A stretch of DNA of 64,000 nucleotides, taken from assembly GCA_910589265.1 (NCBI GenBank), contig CAJUTQ010000074.1, forward strand, positions 14,353-78,352, given 5' to 3'. The translations under genes and the position numbers were made by a program. How positions within the stretch are numbered: position 1 is the first letter of the stretch; each line of letters begins with the position of its first letter. The notes beneath the pieces were generated by a model. That model worked only from the letters and a program-made list of their open reading frames with translations, did not search any database and was not told the origin of the DNA. This document shows, one piece after another, positions 27,583 to 37,144 of the stretch. Origin of the DNA: an uncultured Lachnospiraceae bacterium (GTDB lineage: Bacteria; Bacillota; Clostridia; Lachnospirales; Lachnospiraceae).

Positions 27583-27611
27583 AGTATACGGTTTCGCTAT
27601 ATGTTTGTCAA
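27583..27611 (-). promoter_or_regulatory. Near-consensus sigma-A promoter
   Basis: The minus strand reads TTGACA, a 17-nt spacer, then TATACT. It lies about 190 nt upstream of the priming-transferase ATG. Confidence 0.6.
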
Positions 27612-27749
27612 CCAGCTTTCCTTTCCTTCTATTCCATTGTAACGATTACTTGATTGTATTTCAACCCTTTCTTCATAATTAGTCACAATTTGTCCCTTTT
27701 TGTTACATAAAATAACTACTATTTCACCAAAAATATTATTACAGAATAT

Positions 27750-30089
27750 TTAAATATGGGTCATAATAAATTGGCATTCTCCTTGTACCATTACTTTCTT
27801 TTTTCCTGCTGCTATAAAATAGGTTTTCCCTGGATAAAATCTTAAACAAGTTGTCTTTGTCTTAATCTCCCCAAATCCCTCCAAAAAGGAAACGACACTG
27901 AAAGAAGCGTCTTCCACTTCTATCTCTGCCTGGGTCTTTATAGTGTAACGAATGCTCTCAAAATATTTACACTGTCCTAAAATTTGTTTTGTATAGCCTT
28001 CTTCTACCTCTTCTTTGCAGGGAAATTTCCATTCATCATAAGGTTCCATATTGGCTACCTTTAATGCCTTCTCTAAGTGTAACTCTCTGAAATTTCCGAA
28101 TCTATCCTTACGTCCATAGTCGTATAAACGGTACGTACTGTTAGAGCTTTGCTGAATTTCGTAAATAACAATGCCTTCTCCAATGGCATGAATTGTTCCT
28201 GCTTCTATAAAAAAAACATCTCCCTGTTTAACAGGAAATTCCTTCATCACCTCCATAATTGTTCCTTTTTCGACTCTTTTTTTAATTTCTTCCTTTGTCT
28301 TTTTCTCTTTTAATCCGCAATATAACTTCGCACCTTCCTTGCAATGAGCAATATACCACATTTCATTTTTCCCATATTCTCCTTCCTCCCTTATGGCATA
28401 CTCATCTCCTGGATGCACCTGAACAGACAAATCTTCTTTTGCATCAATAAATTTTATTAATAGGGGAAATTTCTCATAATTTTCACATTTCCACCCTAAG
28501 GCCTCCCAGCCTATTTTCTTCAAATAATGTCCAAATGCTACTCCTTTGTATCTGCCAGAGCTAATAATGCTCTCTCCTGCCTCATGTCCAGATAATTCCC
28601 AGCTTTCTGCAATCGTTCCATAATCACATTTTTTTCCATACAATTTCTTTAGCTTATTTCCACCCCACAAATAATCTTTATAAGCTGGTTCTAACTCTAC
28701 AATATCCTCAATTTCAAAGCCTAGCTCCTTTTCACTGACATCCATACTTTGAAGAGAAATAATGTCCTTTTCTGTAACAGATTCGCCAACAGCAACTTCT
28801 ATAATAATCAAATTTTCTCTTGTCACATTGGATACTTGATGGGAAACTCCAACAGCAACGTCAATGCTTTCTTTCTCTTCATAATCTCTTGTTGTTCCAT
28901 CAATGGAAACTCGCGCCTTTCCTTCCACAATGGACCAGTGCTCACTTCTATACGCATGTTTATGGGCATAAATTGTTTCACCTGGAAAAATTGTCAACTT
29001 TTTCACCTTATAATTAGGTTCGCTGTTTAACACTTCATACATACCCCATGGTCTGTATGAAATTTTATTATCTTCAAAATAATGTCCATACTCTTCTTTA
29101 TTTTCCCGCACAATTGTTTTTAACTGGGGAGAGAGCCCCTTTTCGCCAATATAGACCGCATCGTCTGTGTTTACAACCATTATATTCTTCAGTCCGTTTG
29201 TCACTACAATATTTCTCTTTGATCTATTTAACACTGTCGTATTTATACAATCTTCCTGAATAGAATTTTCAAAATCAGAGCTTTCTGAAAATTTTTCCAT
29301 ATCTTCAATATGTCCAATATCCCACCATTCAAACTCCCTTTGTACAGTTTTCATTTTTTTTGAGTGCTCAAATACAGCCTTTTCCACGCAAATCTCTGGA
29401 ATGGTAAGGAGGACTCCCTCTGGAATAATAACAGAATTATTTCCCCTCTTTACTTTTTTTGCCCCCTCTTTACATGCATAATATATTTCTGGAGAATAAA
29501 TTTTTAACTCTTCTAGAAAAACTCCTGTTTCAAATAAAAACATTCCGCTGTTCCACAAGTAAGTTCCCTTTTTTATATAGGACTTTGCTGTTTCTAAGTC
29601 TGGTTTTTCACGGAATCCTTCCACCTCTTCTCCTCTATGACATATATATCCAAACTCTGTATTAGGCCCCAAAGCCTCTATTCCAATGGAAACTAAATAG
29701 CCTTGTTCTGCCAATTCCTTACATCTAATAATTGCTTCCTGATAACCATTTCCTTTGATAAAATGATCTGCGGCAACAACAAAGAGAAATTCAGAAGCAT
29801 TGCATTGAAAGCAAACCATAGCAATAGCTGCTGCTGTCTTCCTTGCTATTTCCTCATAAAACATTCGATACTTAAGCCCCTGGAAACTTTTCATCTGTCC
29901 CTCTGCAATATAATGATATTTCCAGTTTGTTGCAATAAAAAACTCCTCACAAAAGGGCATATTTCTCGTTACCGTCTCCTGGAGCAAAGAACGGTTTTTG
30001 TGAATTTCCATAAACTGTTTTGGATAATTTTTTCTTGAGAGAGGCCAAAGCCTGTCACCACTCCCTCCTGCAAGCACTAAACACTTCAT
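27750..30089 (-). CDS. Fusion protein: mannose-1-phosphate guanylyltransferase (ManC-like, with cupin) plus class I mannose-6-phosphate isomerase (ManA-like)
   Basis: The N-terminus MKCLVLAGGSGDRLWPLSRKNYPKQF is the ManC/CpsB signature. The middle has a cupin (GETIYAHKHAYRSEHWSIVEG). The C-terminal ~330 aa carry PMI-I motifs KFPLLIKFIDAKEDLSVQVHP and GKNEMWYI. Start placed at the ATG after GGGAGCGGGA. Confidence 0.85.
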   Translation of the reverse strand: MKCLVLAGGSGDRLWPLSRKNYPKQFMEIHKNRSLLQETVTRNMPFCEEFFIATNWKYHYIAEGQMKSFQGLKYRMFYEEIARKTAAAIAMVCFQCNASEFLFVVAADHFIKGNGYQEAIIRCKELAEQGYLVSIGIEALGPNTEFGYICHRGEEVEGFREKPDLETAKSYIKKGTYLWNSGMFLFETGVFLEELKIYSPEIYYACKEGAKKVKRGNNSVIIPEGVLLTIPEICVEKAVFEHSKKMKTVQREFEWWDIGHIEDMEKFSESSDFENSIQEDCINTTVLNRSKRNIVVTNGLKNIMVVNTDDAVYIGEKGLSPQLKTIVRENKEEYGHYFEDNKISYRPWGMYEVLNSEPNYKVKKLTIFPGETIYAHKHAYRSEHWSIVEGKARVSIDGTTRDYEEKESIDVAVGVSHQVSNVTRENLIIIEVAVGESVTEKDIISLQSMDVSEKELGFEIEDIVELEPAYKDYLWGGNKLKKLYGKKCDYGTIAESWELSGHEAGESIISSGRYKGVAFGHYLKKIGWEALGWKCENYEKFPLLIKFIDAKEDLSVQVHPGDEYAIREEGEYGKNEMWYIAHCKEGAKLYCGLKEKKTKEEIKKRVEKGTIMEVMKEFPVKQGDVFFIEAGTIHAIGEGIVIYEIQQSSNSTYRLYDYGRKDRFGNFRELHLEKALKVANMEPYDEWKFPCKEEVEEGYTKQILGQCKYFESIRYTIKTQAEIEVEDASFSVVSFLEGFGEIKTKTTCLRFYPGKTYFIAAGKKKVMVQGECQFIMTHI

Positions 30090-30492
30090 TCCCGCTCCCA
30101 TCTGCTGCTTTGAATGCAGCTTCTTTTTTGAAATGTATTATAGCAGAATTTACAAAAAAAAAGAAGGGATTGAGATAAATTCCCCTCAAATATAAGTATA
30201 GCCCCTGCAAAAAGGCAGAGACTATACAAATACAGGCGTAAAAAAACTTTTATTTTTTCTATCTCTTTTATAACACATCATTGACATAAATGCAATACTC
30301 ATTTATTAAATTATAGAAAAAATTCCTTTTACTCTGCCGATTCTTTCAACTATAAAAATAAAGCGCCATTTGCATTTTTGGGGCTTTTATAGTAAAATTT
30401 TGATTGTAATTATATAAAAATAATGTGGAAAGGTGTGAACAGAAATATTACAAGAGGACATTGCTAAGATTAAACTTAAAATATTACAGTTG

Positions 30493-32361
30493 ATGGAACA
30501 AAGTTTTTATGAGGAGGCCTCCATTTTATTAAATACCTATATAGAAAAACTAGGTGTGGACGAAGATATTCAAAAACTTCAACAGCTCCTTTCCTCCCTT
30601 CGAGATCCAAAAGTACTTGTTATATGTTTTGACTGTACTGCTAGAGAAATCCAACAATTTAAAAACAGACAAACTTATAAAAATGTGGAACTTGTACCTA
30701 TTCAAAGCTCTAGCAAAATCATTTCCCAAGTCATACACTATGTTATTGAGTCTGGCGCCGCCTATGTCTGTTTTATGGAAGAAAACACAATATATGAATA
30801 TCATATGATTGAAAACCTTGTTCAATTTATGAAAAACGCTCCTAAAGATTTGGATGGAATTATCCATGAACAATATTACGGCCTTTCACAAGACAAGATC
30901 TTTGGCGCTGCCTATAGGGATTACCGGGGCGTTATGGAAAACCAATTCCTTACGGGCAGAGGTATTATAGAAATCAGTATAGAAAATGGAAGAAATCTTT
31001 ATGGAAGCTTATCTACTTTTTTTATGAAGGCAGATAAAATCCCCCAGCATATTCCTATTTTCCCAGAACATTTGATTACAAAAGAAAATGCAAAGATTGC
31101 CTTATATTATAATCTGCTCTATCCTTCTACTATTCAAATATTAGAAAAAGGCTTTACTATACGCCTTATGAAACCCCTTTTAAAGACATCCTTAGACTCC
31201 TTATTCAAACAACAGTCTAAATTTTATGAATTAATCCATATGCTTCTTGACCAGCATTGGCTGGACGCCATTCCTTCTAAAGAAATGGGACTTCCAGCAC
31301 AATACCATTATCTCCTTGGAAAAAAGGAGGAAAGAATTCCTTTAGAGAAAAAAATTACCTTTTTTTACACTGATGCTGGAGAATATTACAATCTTTATCC
31401 CTTAGCCAAAGAAGCTGAAAAAAGAGGATTTGAAATCTCCTTTGAATCCAATATGAACAAAACAGCTGTCATAGGTGTTTATTGCCAGCATGAATACAAC
31501 CCAAGCAACTCCCAATTTTCTATTATATTGTTACATGATTTGACCCAGGGAAACTTCAATTGGCCAGACCACTGGGCCATAGAGCATTGGAATGGGTTTG
31601 ATATTGGCATCCTCCCTGGCAGAGAATGGGGCAAGCGCTGGGAACTTTGCTCTTGCCGATATTATTCCAATACAAGAAATGGCGTTTATGATTTAGGGTA
31701 TCCAAAGGGAGATATGGTAAACTCTCCAAATCTATGGGAAGAAGTAGAAAAATGGAAAAGCAGGCTATCCTTAAAATATAATAAGACAATTCTTTACGCT
31801 CCTTCTTTTGAACAGGAAGGAAAAGAGGAAGATTTTATTCAGGCCTTACATACTATGGAAGTCAACCTCCTTATAAAACATGCCGATTGGAATGATAATC
31901 TTCCTCAAGCAGCAACATTTAAACAATGTATCGCTGATATGCGAAAACTCCATGACAGTAACTATGAAAATTTATATTATATTGAAACAAAGGAAAATAT
32001 TTTCCCCCTTATTGCCCTGTCCGATCTCATTGTCTCCGATGATTCCAGCGTTATGACAGAAGCTCTCCTCTTTCACGTACCAAGCATATCTGTCTCTGAA
32101 TGGCGAAATTATACATTGCCCTATCATTACGTCTTTCAATGCTCAAAGGCAGAGTTAAGACAATATGCAGAAGACATATTAAAGGACAAGGGAACAGAAA
32201 AGGATATCCAAAAATGGAGTTCTGAAATTTTCAGTAATGTTGGAAAGACTACTTCCCTCTTTATGGATTTAGTGGAATACTATACACAAAATGGAGAAAA
32301 AAGGGATTTTTTTCAGTATAGGTTAGAACCAGCCTATGAACCCGTTGCTTTGTGGAATTAA
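30493..32361 (+). CDS. TagB/TagF-family CDP-alditol-phosphotransferase-like protein with an N-terminal GT-A-like domain
   Basis: The C-terminus has KTILYAPSFEQEG and LSDLIVSDDSSVMTEALLFHVPSI, resembling the ILYAPTxR and DxSS blocks of glycerophosphotransferases. This is the only credible plus-strand gene; TTG 30490 or ATG 30493 could be the start. Confidence 0.65.
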   Translation: MEQSFYEEASILLNTYIEKLGVDEDIQKLQQLLSSLRDPKVLVICFDCTAREIQQFKNRQTYKNVELVPIQSSSKIISQVIHYVIESGAAYVCFMEENTIYEYHMIENLVQFMKNAPKDLDGIIHEQYYGLSQDKIFGAAYRDYRGVMENQFLTGRGIIEISIENGRNLYGSLSTFFMKADKIPQHIPIFPEHLITKENAKIALYYNLLYPSTIQILEKGFTIRLMKPLLKTSLDSLFKQQSKFYELIHMLLDQHWLDAIPSKEMGLPAQYHYLLGKKEERIPLEKKITFFYTDAGEYYNLYPLAKEAEKRGFEISFESNMNKTAVIGVYCQHEYNPSNSQFSIILLHDLTQGNFNWPDHWAIEHWNGFDIGILPGREWGKRWELCSCRYYSNTRNGVYDLGYPKGDMVNSPNLWEEVEKWKSRLSLKYNKTILYAPSFEQEGKEEDFIQALHTMEVNLLIKHADWNDNLPQAATFKQCIADMRKLHDSNYENLYYIETKENIFPLIALSDLIVSDDSSVMTEALLFHVPSISVSEWRNYTLPYHYVFQCSKAELRQYAEDILKDKGTEKDIQKWSSEIFSNVGKTTSLFMDLVEYYTQNGEKRDFFQYRLEPAYEPVALWN

Positions 32362-32539
32362 GGAACAAAGTAGGTAAGCCCACATCACCCCAATCTTGGG
32401 TATTGGCTTGCACTCTTTGCTGCGCCAAGTGCAGTCACGTAGTGGCATCTTCATTCGCACAAGTGCACATATTCTTTTTTCTTCTATCGTAAAGCACTTC
32501 CATAATTTAGCATATCCATGTATTTTCTATAGGAGAAAA

Positions 32540-32579
32540 AAAGAGCTTTTGTCTGTTTGTATTACAGCAAAAGCTCTTT
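32540..32579 (-). terminator. Intrinsic terminator (strong for the minus-strand flavoprotein gene, possibly bidirectional)
   Basis: Perfect 12-bp stem AAAGAGCTTTTG/CAAAAGCTCTTT with a 16-nt loop. The minus-strand tail is TTTTTTCTCC and the hairpin lies 5 nt after the flavoprotein stop. It also lies 180 nt after the convergent TagF-like gene. Confidence 0.75.
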
Positions 32580-32584
32580 AAGGA

Positions 32585-33217
32585 CTAACGGACAAAATTT
32601 GTCCAAACCCTCTCTTCTTTTTCTGGTAAGCCAAAGGCTTCTCTTCCTAACCCAATGCTTTTTATTAAAAAAGACATATTTGAGGCCAAGGTTCTCATGC
32701 CCTGCATTCCTTCTAAGTCTTTTGCCGTCTCTTCTCCATTGTTTCCATGAACACTGTTCCAATATTGACCAGACGCCACTGGCATTCCGCATATTGCAAA
32801 GTATTTGTTCAGCTCATCAAATGTTGCCGACAAGCCCCCTCTTCTAGCCGACACCACGCTTGCTCCCACTTTCATTGTTTTGTCAAAATGGGTACTATAA
32901 AATAATCTATCCAGAAAAGCAATCAATGTTGCATTGGCCGATGCATAATAAACAGGGCTGCCAATTACTAGACCATCACAGGCTTCTAATTTGGGGGCAG
33001 TTTCATTGACTAGATCTTTTACTACACATTCCCCATGTTTTTTGCAATAGCCGCAGGCAATACATCCTGGAAGAAGTTTGTTACCCACGTGTATCTGCTG
33101 GGTTTCTATCTCATTTTTTTCAAATACCTTCTCCATCTCATGTAAGGCGGTATATGTGCTTCCCCTTTCGTGCGGGCTGCCGTTCAATAACAAAACTTTT
33201 AATTTTCCCATTTTCAT
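32585..33217 (-). CDS. Flavodoxin-like / NADPH-dependent FMN reductase family protein with a Cys cluster
   Basis: KVLLLNGSPHERGSTY, LLPGCIACGYCKKHGECV and VIGSPVYYASANA fit the Isf/FMN-reductase pattern. Confidence 0.75.
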   Translation of the reverse strand: MKMGKLKVLLLNGSPHERGSTYTALHEMEKVFEKNEIETQQIHVGNKLLPGCIACGYCKKHGECVVKDLVNETAPKLEACDGLVIGSPVYYASANATLIAFLDRLFYSTHFDKTMKVGASVVSARRGGLSATFDELNKYFAICGMPVASGQYWNSVHGNNGEETAKDLEGMQGMRTLASNMSFLIKSIGLGREAFGLPEKEERVWTNFVR

Positions 33218-33362
33218 TTACTCCTCTTTCATATTTTTATTACATAATAAAATAATCTCTATAATATCAAAAATAGGAAGCTCTCTCTTTTCTCCAAAAT
33301 TTACTTTATAATGTATATGCAGCCTAAAACTATATTATTATAAATAAATAACTTGTATCTTT

Positions 33363-35198
33363 TTAATATATATTTATTGATTGATTACGCACATTTTCAA
33401 TATGATCTTGAAAAAGCTCTGGATAATCCGAATACCACTGATTAAAACTATTAATAAGCCATTCATAATCGGCATCTTCAAAGTCTCTAATTTTTTTATA
33501 TAAAAAAACAGTCACACCCTTATCAATATTATATGAACGCACCAATTCAAAATTATTGCTTAGTTCACTTTCCGAATTCATAGCCTCGTTTAAAACTTTA
33601 ATCATTCTTTGTCCATCTGGATTGGCATGTAAAAGAACGGGATTTGTTGTTATAACAGCATCAGCTGTCAAAAACTGTTCTGGAAAACCTAACGTTAAAT
33701 CCATATGATAAGTAGTCGATAATTCTGGAAAATAATTATTTTCTTCAGGAAGCTTCAAATTTCTTAAAATATCATCATTAAATTCACCTGATGCCAAAAC
33801 ATAAACATTTGTATTTCTCTCATGAGCTATTTTTTTTGCATCTTCAACAATTTGTTCCAGTACATCTATATCCTTTCTTATTGGAGGTTGAAATCGTCCA
33901 TAAGAGTACAATTTATATGAATTGCCTATGTTAGCATCTATATCTAAAACATATATCATCCCTCTGCCTAAGCAAATTACAAGAATGAGTGATACAAAAC
34001 ACTGTCCAACCTTTTTCCATGTACCTTTTAAATAGTTTTCCAAAATATAAAATAATAAATAAATTCCTAAGCTATAAAGAACTGCCACCTGTACTGCTAT
34101 ATTATAATAATGCTGCATAGATAAATCCTGAATTCTAAAAAACAAGAGCAGACAGGAAATAGAACTGGTAAGAAAAAGTATAATAAAATGCACCATTTTC
34201 TGTACGAATAAGAAAACAATCCCAAGAAGGCAAAATATAAGTACTATCCAACTAATCCAATGCGATACATTAATAAATTTATCGGCCAAAGTACCCAGGG
34301 AGTAAGCACTGTATTGGAATGCATAATTATTAAAAAGAGTGCGTACTAAGTAAGTCCTAAAAAATAAACCTAAAACAAGTAAACATATGCAAGCTATACA
34401 TCCTATTTTTTTTATGTAGTAAACCATAGCTGTCCTATTTTTTTCTTTTAAAACATAATATAAATGAACCATAAGAGTCCATCCAAAATAAGTTAATGCA
34501 AAAAAAGAAAAATGTCTCCTAACTGTCAATAGAAGCAAAAATAAACTGGATAAAATTATATTATATTTTAAGTCAAAAACTGTCCAATCCTTCTCTAACA
34601 ATAAGAGTACTATGGAGGCTGAAATAAGTAGTCCTGCTGAATCATATAGTCCAAAGAAAGTTGGAAGATATAAAAAAGAAAGACTGCTTACCATTATAAA
34701 CGAGAATAAAAATAAAAATCTTTTATTACTAAAAAATTTATTTATTATTGTTGTAACTATCTTAGCTAAGATCAAGCTGGATGGCAGCTGGAACATAATA
34801 TATATTAGAAAAACAAACATTCTATAAGAAGGGCCTACAATTAAAAATGGAATCGTCATAAGACATGGAACTACATCACTATAATCTGTTAAATCAATTG
34901 AAAAATAGAGTTCTTTCAACGTATCAAAAGGATATATAAAAACATTTTTACTAAAATTCAAGGTTTTAATCCAATAAAATGCATTATCCCAATAATAAAC
35001 CGCCTTTTCAGGCAAAGGCTGTAAATAAAAAATCCATGCAGCTACTCCTATAATAAAGAAAACAAGAAGTATTAATTCCAGTTTATTAATAGATTGAGAT
35101 AAGATTTTAGAAGTCGTATATTTGTAACTTATTATTAATAAACCATAAAATAATAAAAGAAAAAACAATAAAATAATAAAAATGACAACAATATTCAT
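33363..35198 (-). CDS. Large polytopic membrane protein with a ~190-aa C-terminal soluble domain (function unknown)
   Basis: 611 aa with about 14 hydrophobic segments. Very AT-rich coding (Ile/Leu/Phe/Tyr/Asn-rich). Confidence 0.6.
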   Translation of the reverse strand: MNIVVIFIILLFFLLLFYGLLIISYKYTTSKILSQSINKLELILLVFFIIGVAAWIFYLQPLPEKAVYYWDNAFYWIKTLNFSKNVFIYPFDTLKELYFSIDLTDYSDVVPCLMTIPFLIVGPSYRMFVFLIYIMFQLPSSLILAKIVTTIINKFFSNKRFLFLFSFIMVSSLSFLYLPTFFGLYDSAGLLISASIVLLLLEKDWTVFDLKYNIILSSLFLLLLTVRRHFSFFALTYFGWTLMVHLYYVLKEKNRTAMVYYIKKIGCIACICLLVLGLFFRTYLVRTLFNNYAFQYSAYSLGTLADKFINVSHWISWIVLIFCLLGIVFLFVQKMVHFIILFLTSSISCLLLFFRIQDLSMQHYYNIAVQVAVLYSLGIYLLFYILENYLKGTWKKVGQCFVSLILVICLGRGMIYVLDIDANIGNSYKLYSYGRFQPPIRKDIDVLEQIVEDAKKIAHERNTNVYVLASGEFNDDILRNLKLPEENNYFPELSTTYHMDLTLGFPEQFLTADAVITTNPVLLHANPDGQRMIKVLNEAMNSESELSNNFELVRSYNIDKGVTVFLYKKIRDFEDADYEWLINSFNQWYSDYPELFQDHIENVRNQSINIY

Positions 35199-35375
35199 AT
35201 GATGTATTACCTCTATAAGACTATTCTCCTTTCTATTACAATAGATTTATAGTTAATGTTCCTTACTGTCACTAAGAAATTATTCATTTTATTGCATAAA
35301 CTGCTAGAATATATAGAGATAAATCAGCCTCCTTTCTTAGACTTTACATCTGTTTTTTAGACGGATAACTAGCTC

Positions 35376-35620
35376 TTATGTATAGTGTTCATTACAGGAC
35401 AGCCTTTTATCAAAAAGGCGTTCAGCAATAGCCCTGCTGTATTTATATGACAACAGGCTCCAATAAATTTTTTCGAATTTACTTTGGGATGAGAGAAAAA
35501 TATCTTTCTTCTCTGCCAAAATCAAATAAAACTCATCTCCATATTTTCAGACCAGCACTGGAGTGAGCGTCTTGTTTTGAAACCTATTTTCAACCTCTAC
35601 AAAATCTTCAAGGTCCTTAA
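35376..35620 (-). pseudogene. GGDEF-domain (diguanylate cyclase-like) gene remnant
   Basis: Manual minus-strand translation gives LKDLEDFVEVENRFQNKTLTPVLV*KYGDEFYLILAEKKD...AIAERL. This echoes DxDxFKxxND...R(Y/L)GGDEFxxLL but with an in-frame stop, a degenerate GGDEF motif and no N-terminus. Confidence 0.3.
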
Positions 35621-35835
35621 AATGTATCTTTAACTTTTTACTAACAGACTAGGGCATATTTTTTATAAAATAACATGTAAAATATAATCTTCATTACTTT
35701 TTATGATATTAACATATATAAATATTATAATCAACAAATTCTTATTTTTTATCCCTCTTTCCTTAATTCTATTACAAATTCTAATATAGATGGATAATGG
35801 TAGTAAAACTTAATCATAATAGTTACAGAATACCC

Positions 35836-36241
35836 CTAACATTTATAATTTAACATAGAGATTAATCCAAATGAGGCTAGTCTATCATTACTGACTGCCA
35901 TGTATACATCTCTACAGTAACCAAGCTTTGCATATCCCTTAAGATATACACTTTTCCATGCTGACCATGATAGTATACCCAGTTTAGTCAGATTCTTTAC
36001 TCTGTTCTGTGGAGCTTTCCAATGTTTCCAATTACACATTCGAATTCTATAGCAAATTTTTGAATCAAGCTTTTTGTAAAGTGTTTTCACACTTCCTATA
36101 AGGTATTTTACTCCTTGTGGTTTATCCGTTTTACTCTTAGTCATCTTCACCTTTCATCCCTGTTTCTCTTCGACCAATCAGGATATATTTCTCATTACTC
36201 TATTTGCAGACATTTCACTTTCACCAATAATGATACAGTAA
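35836..36241 (-). pseudogene. Intron B reverse transcriptase/maturase, C-terminal fragment (post-YADD region and X/maturase domain)
   Basis: It resumes right after intron A as DDF|TVSLLV then, after a frameshift, ESEMSANRVMRNIS...KVKMTKSKTDKPQGVKYL...RIRMCNWKHWKAPQNRVKNLTKLGI...KGY...AVSNDRLASFGLISMLNY. These are maturase hallmarks; an internal deletion and stops are present. Confidence 0.7.
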
Positions 36242-36274
36242 GTAGACCAGAGGCTCCTCCCCTCAAGCCTCTCA

Positions 36275-36309
36275 GAACTGTGCATGAACCTCCTCAGCTC
36301 ATACAGCTC
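36275..36309 (-). ncRNA. Group II intron domain V of intron A
   Basis: The minus strand reads GAGCTGTATGAGCTGAGGAGGTTCATGCACAGTTC. It has a 5' AGC triad and a GAGCTGT/ACAGTTC basal helix, and matches the GAGCCGUAU...ACGGUUC consensus architecture. It directly follows the RT-A stop codon. Confidence 0.7.
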
Positions 36310-37144
36310 CTATCGTTCATCTGCTGGTAGTATTCTAAATTTCCAGTATGTAAATAGGTTCCTGTCGCACTTTCCTATCTCTCCAAGCCAATGTTCCGCC
36401 TTGCGCTTCTTATACTTTCTCTGCACCCATTTCACTAGACATTCATTAATATACCTCATCCCATCCTATATTTCTGATTTATAGAAATACATGTAGTAAT
36501 GAATCCATCCCTGTATCTGTCAGTTGAAACTATTTGCTATATCGTAAAGGTCTCTGTCCAATTTTAATTGCAGTTTCCATCTTCTTATTCCTTTGCATAT
36601 AGCTTTCTTTACTTTTTCACTCATTGCTGGAAAGAAGTTTATAAAGCTCCCCCCGTATCTGTTCTTTGCATGTCTTGGACGGAATATATATCCTAGAAAA
36701 TCAAAAGAGATATTCTTATGATTTCCTCTCTAGTCATCATCTTTGCAGTACACTATCCTTATTTTTCCTAATTCAGTTTCAGACCATAACTCTAGAATCT
36801 CTGTTCAAACCTTCTTTGCAGATATTTCGCCTGTTTCTGGGAGTCGCAGTGCGCTATCCCATCATCGGCATTTCTTGCCCACGGTATCATCGGAAATTTC
36901 TTTACCATGAAATCATCAAACACATAGTACAGAAACAAGTTCGCCAATACTGGACTTATCACTTCTCCTTGCAGGGTGCCAGATGATATCCTATTCCATA
37001 TTTTGTAGAGGTTATTATTCAGTCTCCTCTCAAAATTTTCTATGAACTGTTCGTCCACAACATAGGTTCCCTTGTTCGCTTTCATTCTTTGATAAACTGC
37101 TACCACTACTTTTTTGAAATACTGTATGGCTTTGCTTCTTGCAT
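36310..37144 (-). pseudogene. Intron A reverse transcriptase, internally deleted and frameshifted
   Basis: ATG at 37144 follows GAAGGAGG: MQEAKPYSISKK, then a frameshift to VAVYQRMKANKGTYVVDEQFIENFERRLNNNLYKIWNRISSGT, then a jump to QGEVISPVLANLFLYYVFD...ARNADDGIAHC. RT domains 1-4 are missing. Later fragments read DFLGYIFRPRHAKNRYGG...QGWIHYY...WKFRILPADER*. Confidence 0.75.

Noticed and set aside
30205-30236. 12-bp hairpin (with two G-U pairs on the minus strand) TATAGTCTCTGCC-ttttt-GCAGGGGCTATA in the divergent control region
   Set aside because: There is no U-tract, so it is not a terminator. It could be an operator or a UTR structure, but there is nothing to support a specific call.
35430-35460. 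Hairpin GAGCCTGTTGT...ACAGCAGGGCT (minus strand) as the missing domain V of intron B
   Set aside because: It has the wrong helix and bulge geometry, a 9-nt AT loop instead of GNRA, and lies about 400 nt past the RT stop. It also falls inside the putative GGDEF remnant reading frame.
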